DNA from: Selaginella moellendorffii
Lineage: Eukaryota; Plantae; Lycopodiophyta
DNA length: 64,000 bases
Direction of reading: 5' to 3'
Assembly (NCBI RefSeq): GCF_000143415.4
Contig: NW_003314275.1
Location: 935,955-999,954, forward strand
Of this stretch, positions 41,151 to 53,056 are shown piece after piece; within the stretch, counting starts at the first letter, position 1, and each line of letters begins with the position of its first letter. Both the position numbers and the translations under genes were made by a program. The notes under the pieces are model-generated. The model was not told the DNA's origin, did no database searches, and saw only the letters and a list, made by a program, of their open reading frames with translations.

Positions 41151-43505
41151 TTACCATGCATCACTGCAAGAACAACAGCCTCCTTCGAAACAGTGAAGCT
41201 GTTGACCATCTTGAACAAAGATATTCTTTCCTTTTTCAGCAATCTCAGGAATCACTTTTGCTGAGGCATGGCAATCACTGCACATGTTATTACTGACAAG
41301 AACATTCGATTTGTGAGATTCTTGAAGCAATGCATATGCAATTGCAAACTTCTCACTATGGACCTCCTCTTTGTTGCAATTGAGGTGCCAAAAGTTCTCT
41401 TCTTTCACATACCCATTCTCTTTTGCCAGCTTCATTAACCTCATGAGCTCACCCCATATTTCTTTTATATTAGGATGAGACCAATCCCCCAGATGAAATG
41501 TGTGCATTTTTCCACCAAGTTGGACACGGCTGATTGCTCCAAGCTTCGTCAAGCCCTTCTCTGTCACCATCTTTCTCAGCCCAGCAATTTCATCAGTCCT
41601 TCCGCTTTTCCCGTATATCTCGGTGAGGATAATGTATGGGGTGGCATTGTTTGGGTCCATGGCAAATATCTGCTCCGCAGCATATTTTCCGTGCTCAGCA
41701 TTTACATGCTTCCTACAGGAAGAGAGAAATGTCATCCAAATGCTTGCATCCCACTCATAGGGCATCGTCTCAATAAGTTCTTGGGCCTCTTCCATCCGCT
41801 TCACCTTCCCAAGCATCCCAACCATGCAATCGTAATGCTCAATATATCAAAGTCGGGTTCCATGGGCGTGAAAAATAGGCTTTTGCTCTCTTCAACATCC
41901 AAAACCTGGCTGTTTGCCACAAGTATAGCAATGAATGTTACTCTGTTGGGTAGAATTCCATCCAAAATCATCTGATTAAAGGTTTGAATCACATGTGTCT
42001 CATCCCTTATCATTGTGCATGCCCTGATCATGGATGTCCATTTGTACACATCTTTGTTAAGCGTGTTGGCAAACAATGCCTTTGCATCATCATACCTCCT
42101 GCACGCTGCATACACAATGAGCATTATATTGTGTGTGACAATATCTTTGTTTTTAGATTTGTCGTAAAAAAAGTCAACCGCTGATTGAAGATGGCCGTTT
42201 TGGGCATAAGCCCACAGCATCGCATTGACTGACGCCACTTCCGGTCAAACATGGCCCTCGCGGAGTCAACGTCCCCGGTATTGGAATAGGCCTCCAGCAT
42301 CATCGTCCAGTGAATCACTGTTTTGTCATGCGGCATCTCCTCCAACACTTTGAGAGCTTTTGCCAAACTTTCTTTTCCACCTACGTGACACAGTGCCTCG
42401 AGTAGACACGTCCAAGAAATAGCATCTTTCGTGGGCATGGTGTTAAATATATTTTTCGCATGGACTAATCGACCATTGCGTACAAGCTCCTTCATCATTG
42501 AATTCCAAGTGATCTGGTTCCTGAGCTCTTTTGGCATTGACTCAAACATCTCCTCAGCTTCTTGCTTTTCCGTATGCAGAGATCATCACATTCCATGATG
42601 CTGCACTCTTGGTGTCACCATCAAACATCTCGCGAGCTCGATTAAGTTGCCCGTTCTAGGCATACCCTTGGACCATTGTGTTCAATGTAACAACGTTTGC
42701 CACCTTCAGCCCATCAAAAATTCTCCTTGCCTCGTCTACTTCCCCATAATCCATGTATGCACCCAAGAGTATGGTCCATGAGTAATCATCCTTTTCGGGC
42801 ACTTGATTGAAAAACTCCTTTGTCTCAACGAGTTGATTCTTTTTAGCCATAGCTGCTAACATGATGTTCCAAGACACCAAACTCTTGGCTTCCATCTTCT
42901 CGAACAAGATCCAAGCATCTTCTACCCGGCCGTTTTGAGTGTATACTTTAAGCATAATATTCCAAGAGTAGATGTTTGGCTGCTTGATTTCATCAAACAC
43001 CAAACGAGCATCGTCTGAACTCCCACATGATCCAAACATCTCAATCAACAGATTTGCCACAAACTTGTCATTCCGATAACTGCTTTGACGAACACATTCG
43101 CGGATTCTATTTGCTTCTTCTAAATCTTTGCGCGACCTGATCATCTTCTTCAGCGTCTCTACAGAATGGATGTTCTTCCCATCAATCATAGTATGTGAGT
43201 TGGAAGGACATCTTGATAAGAGCTCCTTCGCATGACGACCCCAATGGGTGTACATTTCAGTTGACATCCATTCAAGATAAACGTGAAGAAGATCTGTAAG
43301 TCGCTTACCCTTGTATTTTCCAAAGTCCACTACCATTGATCCAATTCTATCACCATTTGGCTTGTGTATTTGCACATCTTTGTTTCTGGCCAAAGTTTTG
43401 AATTGCTACCTCCTTCCACTCGTTGTCAAGCTCTTGACTCATCCATTTCAAGTAGTTTTCAAGTACCGATTCAGATTCCTCGTGATTAGTGCCACAATTT
43501 AAAAG
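41151..43505 (-). pseudogene. PLS-class PPR-E-DYW gene ending ...CCSCSDAW, with N-terminal FGKYKG-type modules; disrupted by a stop (42656) and at least 3 frameshifts
   Basis: PPR motifs (FVANLLIEMFGSCGSSDDARLVFD..PNIYSWNIML), E domain (IWMTFLSSCRKHVNAEHG) and DYW-like HSEKFAIAYAL...CSDCH. Confidence 0.88.
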
Positions 43506-43556
43506 CTCGTTAGAGAATTAGAAAAGCCTTGCAACTAGCTTAGATCAAGAGAAAGC

Positions 43557-45470
43557 TTACCACTTACCATTGCAAGTGCAGCGGCCGTCAACGATGGTGT
43601 GCGTAGTCGCGGCATCCTTCACCACAATCTTGCGTCCTATGATCTTGGACATTGCCATAGTAGCGCTATGGCAATTCCGACACACACGGAGGTTTTTGGT
43701 CACAGTTATTGGCCCCGTTGCCGTCTCGCTCGCCGCCCAGGCAATCGCAAGCTTCTCGCTGTGGAAGCACATCCCTTCTTCTTTCTCTTCCTCGAGAACG
43801 TCGGCGAGAATTGGCTTGTATCCGTGCTCTTTCTTCATTATGTCGTCCCAGTGCTGTAGAAGAAGATGAATCCCTGGCTCGTACTCATCCCCTGCCACAA
43901 ACTTCCTCCCAATGCCGTTTGCTTCGACCGTGCTGATGCCCGGAATCCTCCTCAACTTGAGTTTCTTGATCTTTCCCAGGATTTCTTTGAGCTTCTTTTA
44001 CTGCTTCGTGTTGTAGTAGATGCTGCCCAGCATGATGTATACGGTGGGGGACTTGTCATCGTCGCTCTTGAGCCTCAGAAGCTTCTCTGCTGCAATCTCG
44101 CCGTAGACCACGTGGTCAACCATTCTTGCCGCAGAGAGAACCGCGATCCAGTTCACGGGATCGTCTGGCAAACAGCTTGCAAGCTCCACGGCCGCTGCAA
44201 ACTTCCCACCTCGGGCAAGGTTGACGACCACTTGGCCATAGTGCGAGGCATCCGGAACGAAGTCGAAGTCGCGTACAATTGTTCCAAGCTCTTCACCACA
44301 AGCAACCCAGACGAGAAACGCGACTCTTGTTGGTTCGATGCCTTCTTGGATCATCCTCCGGATCGTCAAATCTGCTGCCTTTGGCCTGGAAAACAAGATA
44401 CAATCTGCCGAGCCGAAGAAAGAAGAAGAAAAGCGAACTATACCTGTTGTTCTGGACATAGGCTGACGCAAGGCTTGTCCAGGTAAAGACATCCTGCTCC
44501 TTTGCCCGTTCGAAAAGAGCTTCCGAGTCTTCAAGCAGCGGCAAACTGGAAATCATAATGTTGAACGACCTGGTGTCGATCCTGTCACCCCCTCCTTCGG
44601 CGAAGAGCTTCTGTGCTCGCGAGTAATAGCCGTTCTTCACGTAAACCGCGAGAAGAGCGTTGAAGGCAGCAGCATCCGGAGAGGGGATTCGCTTGTAGAC
44701 ATTCTCGGCAACATCAACGAGATGACCATGGGTACCAAGGCTGTGCATGAGAGACGTATAGCTGCTTCGAATAATCGCGTCGACATATCCATCATCGTAG
44801 CAAAAGGCCTTGAAGTACTGTGCTCTGACGTCCTCCAGCAGCGACAGGTCTGACGAGGCAACAGCAGCCTTGAGCTCTGCAATTGCAAGAGTAGCTATCC
44901 CAGCAAGGATACCGCATGAAGCAGGGGAGAGCTCCATAGAAGCTGATAAAACAAACAGACGAAGAGTTAAAACGTAAGACTCTAGCAAAACCGTGCTCAC
45001 CTCGCATTAAGCACGATATTCCACGAAACGGCATTTCTCGTGGTGGCTCTTTGGAAGAGCTCCAAGGCCTCGCCAGGCTTCTTGTTCACCGCGTAAACCT
45101 GCAACATGGCGTTGTACGAGTACGCATTTGGAGAAGAGATGCTACTGAATAGTTTCTCCGCGTCCTCCAGCCTCCCTGCTTTTCCGGCTTCTTTGATGAG
45201 ATCGTGGCTCCGCTTCCGGTCGGCAGGAGCACGCAGCTGGTCGGCCGATGCGCTCTTCGCGAAGCTGGTCTGCTTCTGATCGGTAGAAGCATTCCTCGCC
45301 GGGCGCTTCCGCTTGCTTTCCACAGCGCTCTCCTTCTGGCCAGTAGGCTCAGTTTCCACCTGTGGAGCGCTTGGCTTGGACGTTCGGTAAGATGAGCTCC
45401 AAGCCTCGTAAATCTTCAGCATCAGCGCGTCCGTCATCCGGAGAAGGAAGCTTTCCTCAGCTGGCAACAA
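43557..45470 (-). pseudogene. Divergent intron-containing PPR-E-DYW gene ending ...CTCNGKW, with an in-frame TAA at 43998
   Basis: PPR motifs (AGRLEDAEKLF..PNAYSYNAMLQVY; PDAAAFNALLAVYVKNG), PG box RIPGISTVE, HSEKLAIAW and KNLRVCRNCH. GT-AG intron at ~44387-44443. 5' end uncertain. Confidence 0.82.
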
Positions 45471-46639
45471 GAGTTAAGTTAGTGCGCAACCAAAGGAGAA
45501 AGATAAAAGCACGCAAAGGGAGCAAGCAAGAAAGCAAAAGAACTCAAACGCTAGCTCAGCCCCTACGACGCAAGAACACGAGAACACTCCGAGAGAAGAG
45601 CCCCTACTAGCGAGAAAACACGAAGAGGACGCAAAACACACGAGAATCGAGGCAGGCCACAGAAAATGGAAGCCTCTAACTCGAAGAAAAGAATGCTAAC
45701 GCCAAAGACAACAGGGGAACAAGACACGCTCGCAATCCACAGGGGGAAGCCGGCGCCTTTGCTCAGAAAGAAGAGCAAGAATCCAGCCACAGCAGCGCAA
45801 GAGGTCGCAAGGGTAGTAGTAGAGGAAAATCGGAGGGAATGGAGGCTTCCGGCTCCAAAGAAGGCGCAAAGAACGCAGTCAAAACCACACGCTAGCAAAT
45901 CCAGGCCACCTTGTATGTGAATCTCGAAGGATTGCCTACCTTGAGCTGGAGCAGCATGACGTTCCTCCTCGTCGACACGGCCCTTGCGCTGAGCATCATG
46001 GAAGAGCTGATCGGTGATGAACGTGTAAAAGTGAGGATTTTTACCTCAGGTGGATGCATTCCCCCGGTACTTGTACGGTTCACGCCCATGGATTTTTAAA
46101 CCAGTGTAAAACGGTCGCGGACAAAGTTCGAGTCCTGTATTGTAACACGATCGTCGACGACCGGTGTTCGAATCCGGGATGAAGAAAGCATGCCTGGAAT
46201 GAAGCTCGTCGGCAATGGAGTGGATGGGAGACCACCACCTTGGCGTGAGAAGGAACTCGGACCAGCTTTTACTCCTTCCTGGAACAAGTGGGAGGCGAGC
46301 GAGCTAAAGCCATGCTCTCTCCACACCTCTTGGTGCATCCAAACATCTTGTATGTTCCTGCGATAAGATATGAAATCAAAAGGAAACGAAATCTCGCTAG
46401 TTACCCGCGACATGGAGAGACAAGCTGCCAGTGCTCACGACATTGCTCCTCGCCGATCTAAATCGCAAGTGCCAGGTCGAGAGAAAGAGCATGACAAATC
46501 CTACCTTTCCTCCGCCCGATTGCTGCAAGAGACGCCATTGCCCTGTCGCCAAACGATCCGAAACTACCAGAAGCAGGGATCGTGATGCGAGAGGCCAGCG
46601 CCAATGCTCTCCATTCTTGGAACTAAAGCCCTGGGCCGT

Positions 46640-48772
46640 GCCCCCGGATAATTTCCTTGACGGCCTATCTCGAAGAGGGCGATTCCAAGAGCGTGGACGA
46701 CAAGTTAAGGCCAGGGTTGTCCGGAGGAGAGTATGTGCTTGCTGAGAGCGTACCGGGTGACACGAAAGCCAAGCTGCTCAATCCGAGACCAATCTGGATC
46801 GTGAGTTTTTTTTATCGGGGTGTGGAGGATGTCCGGGTTTTTGTCAATCGTCCAGTCCAGACTCTCCAGGCGATCTTGAAGCGGCTGGAGCAAGCGTGGG
46901 ACGATGAGCACATCCCGGATCGAGAGAAGTGCAACTGGTTGCGGGAGAAGATCGAGCGCAAGTATTCCAAGCAAAGGCAGATTACCATCCTCGATCGTCT
47001 CATCTAGGGGACAAAGTTTCAGAAGGAACTTAAGTGGACGGCCAAAAGGTTTGGACTGGAAGGTTGTGAGACATGAAGGAGCAAATCGCTCGGGAGCTGC
47101 GAGCCTTGTCATCGGTATGCCTCATCGTGGCAGCTCCAACGTGCTGGGAAACGTTGTAGGAAGCCTCTGCGGCAAACATTTAGCGAGAGGGTGGCTACAG
47201 TGGAAGTGGTGATGTCAAGTACCATCTAGGAACGTCCTACGACAGACCGACCAGGACCGGGAAGCACATCCATCTCTCGCTCGTTGCGAATCCCAGTCAC
47301 CTGGAAGCTGTGGACCCGGTTGTGGCGACGACTACGAGAGGAAGAAGAACATGACGATTTTGCTTCATGGAGATAGCTTCTCTGGCCAAGGTGATGCTGC
47401 ACTTGAGCGATCTTCCAAACTACACCACCGAACAGTCGCTCCTCGCCTTACTGCACGGACGTTTCCAAGGGTTTGAACGCTCCTATCTTTCCCCTGAAAG
47501 GAGATGAGCTGTCGTCCATGCCTGGCCGCAAAATGGAGGTGCCAGTTCAAGTCGGATGTTGTGGGGTCACAATGCGATCGACGAGCCATTGTTCACTCGA
47601 CCAAAAATGTACCAGGTAAGTACAACTTTGTCTCGATTTTCTGGTGCTTGATGGATTGTTTTTTTTTTTTTTTTTTTTGGTGCAGGTCCAGAAGAAACTC
47701 GTTGAAATTGGTCATGACGATCAGTGAGGAGACCGTGAAAAATATCCATGACAAAGTGTATGCGATTTTAAGCGAAGACTACGCTCCTAAGTCACAGGAC
47801 TGATATTGGACGGGCTTCATGGGTCCGGAGCAGTTGTCACGGTTAAGAAACAACGGGTAAGTTTAGTCTTTCGTCTTTGTTTCTTATATTCTGACTGCAG
47901 TGTCAAACCAGAGGTTGGCAAGAAAATTCCTCCCTCGTTTACCCCGCATAGAGCGATCAAAAGGGTGTGTGAGCAACATGATTGAGACGGGAAGTTACAG
48001 CTGAGGCACTTGCGTTCGCAACGCTCCTTGCAGAGACATGCCGTGGTATGAAAGATACTGCCCCCTTGACCACGTTCTGCCCAATCGTGAGCAACACGTT
48101 TTTTCTCCTGTTATTCTAGATTTTAATGCAGCTCGCTCTCGGAATATGGATTCAATGGAAAACCCGTAGTTTGGAGACGTCGTCAATGGTGCGCAGGTGA
48201 TCAGTTTTTGAGCTATGGAGAAGACAAGTGGTTGCGTCAAACAGGACTTGTGTGCATGCTGGCTGCCACACGGTTATGATGGACAAGGGCCACAACACTC
48301 GAGTGCGAGGCTGGAAAGCTTTTTGCAGGTTTGTGTGACGCGACGCTCTTTTACCTATCCCTTTATCACTCCCTTCGGAAATAGTGCACTTCTTGGTTTG
48401 TGGAGGAAAACAATGACTGAGCTTTTTCTCCAGGTACGACGAGGAAAGGAGCGCGTTGGAGCAAAGGACGTGGCTATCTGCCGCGTAGAGCAGCTGTGCC
48501 CGGTTCCTTACGATCTTCTCCAAAAAGAACTCAAGCGTAAGAAAGCTTGCGGAGCGGTTTCTCTTGTAGACGCGGATGTTGTGTGGTGCCAGGAAGAACC
48601 CATGAACATGGGCTCCTCACCTGGGAACGGCAAGGCTGTCCGTCAATCGTGGGAGCTTTGCGGAGATCCAAGTCCTCGGCCATCCGCTGCCACTGCGACT
48701 GGATTCGCGGCCGTGCACAAGATGGGGCTCTCCAAGCACAAGGCAATCACACGTTTCTTTTCGTTCTTATGA
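46640..48772 (+). pseudogene. OGDH: 2-oxoglutarate dehydrogenase E1 pseudogene, heavily deleted, introns retained
   Basis: [107 protein letters not shown]. Confidence 0.92.
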
Positions 48773-49559
48773 TCTTCCAAAAGAAAGGGAGAGGTCGTAA
48801 GCTCGTTATTCTCCAAGGATTTGTGATCTTAAGCTTGCCAGGAGTGGATAGATTTTACGCAAGTGGAAACTGAAATTTAAGAATCTGAAAAAGAAAAAAG
48901 ATCGATTGTAGCAAAAAGGCCAATATATACTGAGATGAGAAGAGATTGCAGCAAAAAATAATATATCAAATGAGAAAAAAGAAACTATAGCAAAAGAAAA
49001 CACACTAAGATGAGCGGTAACACGCATCCAAACGTTGGAACTCACTCATGCCCACCTCGATCAAGCATGCTGGTTCCGGCAGTTCTTCCGCAACGGCAAA
49101 CTTCTTCACAAAGGACGATGCCTTCTTCGCCTTGACGTAAAAGAGTGTCCCAGCACGTACGCCATGGCTTCCTTGGCTCCGCCTTGATGGACAGATCCAT
49201 CTCCACCGCGGCCTTTGGGAGTTGTCTAGCCGAGGGAGCTTCGCCTTGATGGACGGAACCTCATGATGGACGACGGCCTTTGGGAGCTCGAACCTCACCC
49301 TCTTCTTGTTGTCCAGCCGAGGGAGCTCCGCCTCCTCCAGCTCTTGCTCCTCGAGCACTGCGGAGTTCCACCACAGTCATCCTCCCATCCACGGACACCT
49401 CGGTGCTCGAGGGGGTCCAAGGGTGCGCGTCCTCCATCTGGACGATACGCTCGATCCTGCCGATGGCGGTGGAACGTGAGGCACCGGCACGGACTTGATG
49501 CAGACGAAGACGAGGACTTGGTGAAACGCCGGGAGGTTTGTGAGAAGATGGCTCTGTTT

Positions 49560-50770
49560 AAATCAGGCCTACTCCAGGAACTCGGACGATGCCAAGGCTC
49601 GGACCCGGGGTGAGCAGCCACTTCATGGAGAACTTCTTGGAGGTGCCGTAATGCTATACGTACATGACGGCCATGAATATCATCGAGAGGACCAGTGCCG
49701 CTGATATGTAAAATGCCTCAAAGAAAAGGGGAAACGCAGCTGCCAGGAAAATGCTCTTCCTCCATATGATCATGAGTGACGAACATAACCGTGACAACGG
49801 CCAAATCTGAAAGGACAAGAACAAATCAGGCGTTGGAAGTGAACCGGAAGCACCACATACCATATGCGTGGCCGATGAGGATTGTATTCCTGAATCTGAG
49901 TGTCACGGCAAGCATTTGACTCCGTCTGCCGGTAAATATCTTAGGATGTGTGGACAACTTTCACCCGTGGGAAGCAACCCAGAGATAAGCACTGCTTGAT
50001 AATCGAGAAGGTTGCAGAAATGACTGCCTGGCTCCCGCAAGGGTGGCGATGACGAAAACTGGCCAGCATACGGTTTCTGAAGAGATTGTCAAGGCATTAG
50101 ACCAGAAAGCAGGTGGCCTTTCAAAAAATTTCTTACTCGGTATGGATTTGTAGAAACTCTTCAAATGTCATCGTGATTCTTGGGGAGACATGCTGCTTGT
50201 CCCGTGTAGGCAAGAACAAGACAAGGATAGACTACACGAGTGAATGCAATGTATGGAAATCGTGTGCCGTCAGCAAAAAGCAAAGCATTTCCACACAAAA
50301 GTACCTTGATAGGAAAGTGTTCCAAATCAGCAAACATCAGTCCCGTTCCTGAATAAAACAAGAAGAAAAAGCAATCACTGTCCAGGCGGAGTGATGATAA
50401 AGTCATGCTAAGCCACCTGTGATACACACCACAGAAGTCCAAGTTGTAAGGGTGACAGAGCTCGAAGGATGTTCCGGGATACAACCACGCTATCACGATG
50501 GTGCGAAAATCAAGGCAACTCTATTTATGCGTCCAGCGCAAACAGCCCGATGAATATCAAGCACGCAGCAATGTGGACCACGTCTGCAAGAACCCCATGA
50601 CAATCGTGAGTGGAAAGGGAGAATTTTAGACGTACGTCATGGTGTTCGGTTTCCGTAGAGTTTATTCCAGAAACAGCAGAAAGAACTGGGAGGAGAAAAA
50701 AAGGAAAAATACGGCCGGAGCTGATATTGGTGGTGTAAGAACTGGTGGTCCCGAGGAGGAAGACCAATTT
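49560..50770 (-). pseudogene. HAK/KUP/KT potassium transporter pseudogene (central transmembrane part)
   Basis: [83 protein letters not shown]. Frameshifts and deletions. Confidence 0.88.
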
Positions 50771-50839
50771 GAGGAACCCCTCCAGACTTTCTAGCTTGTA
50801 GGTGGATTAGTCTAGTAAGCCTTTTACCGAACCGGTAAT

Positions 50840-52582
50840 ATGAGGCGACGAGGATGGTTTAGGGTTTTTGGCGAGGGAGAAATGTGGCGATGGCTGTGCC
50901 GAGGCGCTCCGCGAAGACAGCCGCAGCCCCACCGGTTTAGACCGGAACCGGCATGGGCTATAGCTGCTCTAGAGCGCACCCAGGCGAAGGTCGAAGTTTG
51001 CAATCAAGTCAAGGTGGACAAAGGCGCTCCTCCCGCACAAGCCAAGTTTTTGGATCTGCCTGACGATCTTAGCGTAAGCTGGTGGTCTGCGGGTAGACGG
51101 AACCGGAAGCTTCTACTCCGCAGCTGCTACGATCCCATCTTTAATCTCGTATGGGAGCACAATGAGGTGGAAGCGGAGCGCTTGGACGCTCCTATTGCAG
51201 GCGTAGTCTTGCTGGGGAATCCAGGGATAGGGAAGACGGGGTTTTTGTGGCTGGCGCTGTGGAAACTGCTGGCCAAGAGGCGCAACATCATCATAAAGCT
51301 CCCTACTGTGGATGACTACGTATTTGTCACTTGGAAGGACGGCCAGCTTGAGGTGGAGGAGCGCACGGAGGTCCCGAAAACACTGCCTGACGGTGGTGAA
51401 GGTGTGCCCTGGTGGTACCTGGCTGATACGTTCATACCGAAAAGGGACTGGAGTTTTCACTGCAGGTTTTTGCTCACGTGCTCACCGAAGAAGGCCAATT
51501 ACGACGAGTTTGCAAAGGCCGGCAACGTCTGCACGCTGTTTGATCCCATCTGGACAGAAGATGAGCTTCTGGCCCTCAACGAGCATAACTTCGGGCACGA
51601 TCCAGAGGATGTGAGGAAGCGCTTCCTGAAGTGGGGTGGTATTCCTCGCTACGTGCTGCAGAAGGTGGGGCCGGAAGCCCAGGCACAGATAAGCGAAGCA
51701 TTAGGACTGGTGCGAGAGTTCGACAGGGTTATCAATCACCAAGCGCTATCCGAAGGCCAGAGCCACAAGGCCTTCCATATGGTTGTTGACGAGAGCACGT
51801 TCAAGTCTTTCCGTTTAGCTCCCGCCAGTCCTTACGTCGAAGAGCAGCTCATGCTCAATCTCCCGTTGCCAGGATTGAAGCGTTTCTTGTCGGTCGAGCA
51901 ACCAGATGGTATCCGGGACATCCAGGGAAAGCTGCTAGAGAACTTTGTGTGCAACATCATCATTCCCAGGGGTGGTAGGATGCAATACAGGGAGCTGCAA
52001 CAAGATGGGGAATTCGGGCCAGTTCTGGCAGGGAGCTACCCTCAGGTTCCTGCAAGCTATCCTCTGGAACGCAGAGGAGGAGGTGGACACGAGGCCGTTT
52101 TTCCGCGAGAGATCCGGTCAGACCATAAGGCTGCGCTCTTCAAGCCTTCGTCAGCCAGGAATGCGGAATGGAATTTCATCGCCCACGGAGGCATATATCA
52201 GGTAACTGTCACAAAGAAGCGCGCCTTGGTACTCGGGCCAGCTGTTGAGAAAGCGCTGGACTTCCTGCGACTGTACTACGGTAAAGAGAAACAAGTCGAC
52301 TTCTACATACTGGTACCGGGCTTCAATCTGACCGCCTTTACCATTGACTGGTTCGATACCATCAAGCCAGCTGAGAGGGGAAAGAGACGCTCATGCAAGG
52401 ACAAAAAAGGAATGGTTGATGAAGTGATGGACCGAATCAAGCAGCTGAACATTCGGGTGAAGGTAGTCTCGCTGGATATCGGTGACGTGTGCCCGACGTG
52501 CATGGGGGCAGGGATCATCGTGAGAAACTACCAGAGCGATATCATCTCCTCCTTGTCTTCTTTACGCATGTCGGAGATGTAA
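50840..52582 (+). CDS. Intronless Crinkler (CRN)/RHS-type protein: P-loop NTPase plus C-terminal restriction-endonuclease-fold domain (580 aa)
   Basis: GVVLLGNPGIGKT (Walker A), WYLAD (Walker B-like), LLTCSP, PIWTEDELL, RFLKWGGIPRYVL, SHKAFHM, ASPYV, GKLLE, P....N..W(N/D)...YQVTV. This motif order is typical of oomycete/fungal CRN C-termini and trypanosomatid RHS proteins. Confidence 0.8.
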   Translation: MRRRGWFRVFGEGEMWRWLCRGAPRRQPQPHRFRPEPAWAIAALERTQAKVEVCNQVKVDKGAPPAQAKFLDLPDDLSVSWWSAGRRNRKLLLRSCYDPIFNLVWEHNEVEAERLDAPIAGVVLLGNPGIGKTGFLWLALWKLLAKRRNIIIKLPTVDDYVFVTWKDGQLEVEERTEVPKTLPDGGEGVPWWYLADTFIPKRDWSFHCRFLLTCSPKKANYDEFAKAGNVCTLFDPIWTEDELLALNEHNFGHDPEDVRKRFLKWGGIPRYVLQKVGPEAQAQISEALGLVREFDRVINHQALSEGQSHKAFHMVVDESTFKSFRLAPASPYVEEQLMLNLPLPGLKRFLSVEQPDGIRDIQGKLLENFVCNIIIPRGGRMQYRELQQDGEFGPVLAGSYPQVPASYPLERRGGGGHEAVFPREIRSDHKAALFKPSSARNAEWNFIAHGGIYQVTVTKKRALVLGPAVEKALDFLRLYYGKEKQVDFYILVPGFNLTAFTIDWFDTIKPAERGKRRSCKDKKGMVDEVMDRIKQLNIRVKVVSLDIGDVCPTCMGAGIIVRNYQSDIISSLSSLRMSEM

Positions 52583-53056
52583 GTAATCTGACCAACGGGC
52601 AAGGTATGGATCGAAGTCTACAACTCTTTCAGTGTGCTTACAATGTCTAACTTGGAACAGTTTGAATTTTTATATCATATAAGTATAAATGCATTGCTAA
52701 TTTAGTCTAATTTCCTCTTGCGAAAGAGCCCTCATGGCCGATAGAAATGCAATGGATAGATTCATTTTCTGATTACAAAGATCTTTTTTAAGTAAACCTG
52801 TTTGGTAGTGAATATACTTAAGATAATGTTTTAGCAGTCCTAGTATTGGGAGTTTTGGAAGACAAACATAGAAAGTTCAAGATTTTTTATGTTTCTTTCC
52901 CCTTGATGAAGCTCACAAAAGTGAGGGTGTCAGGACCAAAACTACTCATTGTGCTCTTTACAGATGCAGGATTACTCAACGAAAGTTCTGTAGAGAGAAT
53001 CTTTTCTCCGTACAAATGGGTATATTCTTGAAATTTTCAGCTGCTTCTTTCATCAT

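Noticed and set aside
41151-41560. DAW-ending DYW domain as a U-to-C editing (DYW:KP) factor
   Set aside because: It lacks the KP box and HAE signature (has HSE), and the gene is disabled.
45560-46420. ORFs upstream of the PPR-GKW gene
   Set aside because: They could be 5' exons, but no homology or in-frame splice path could be supported.
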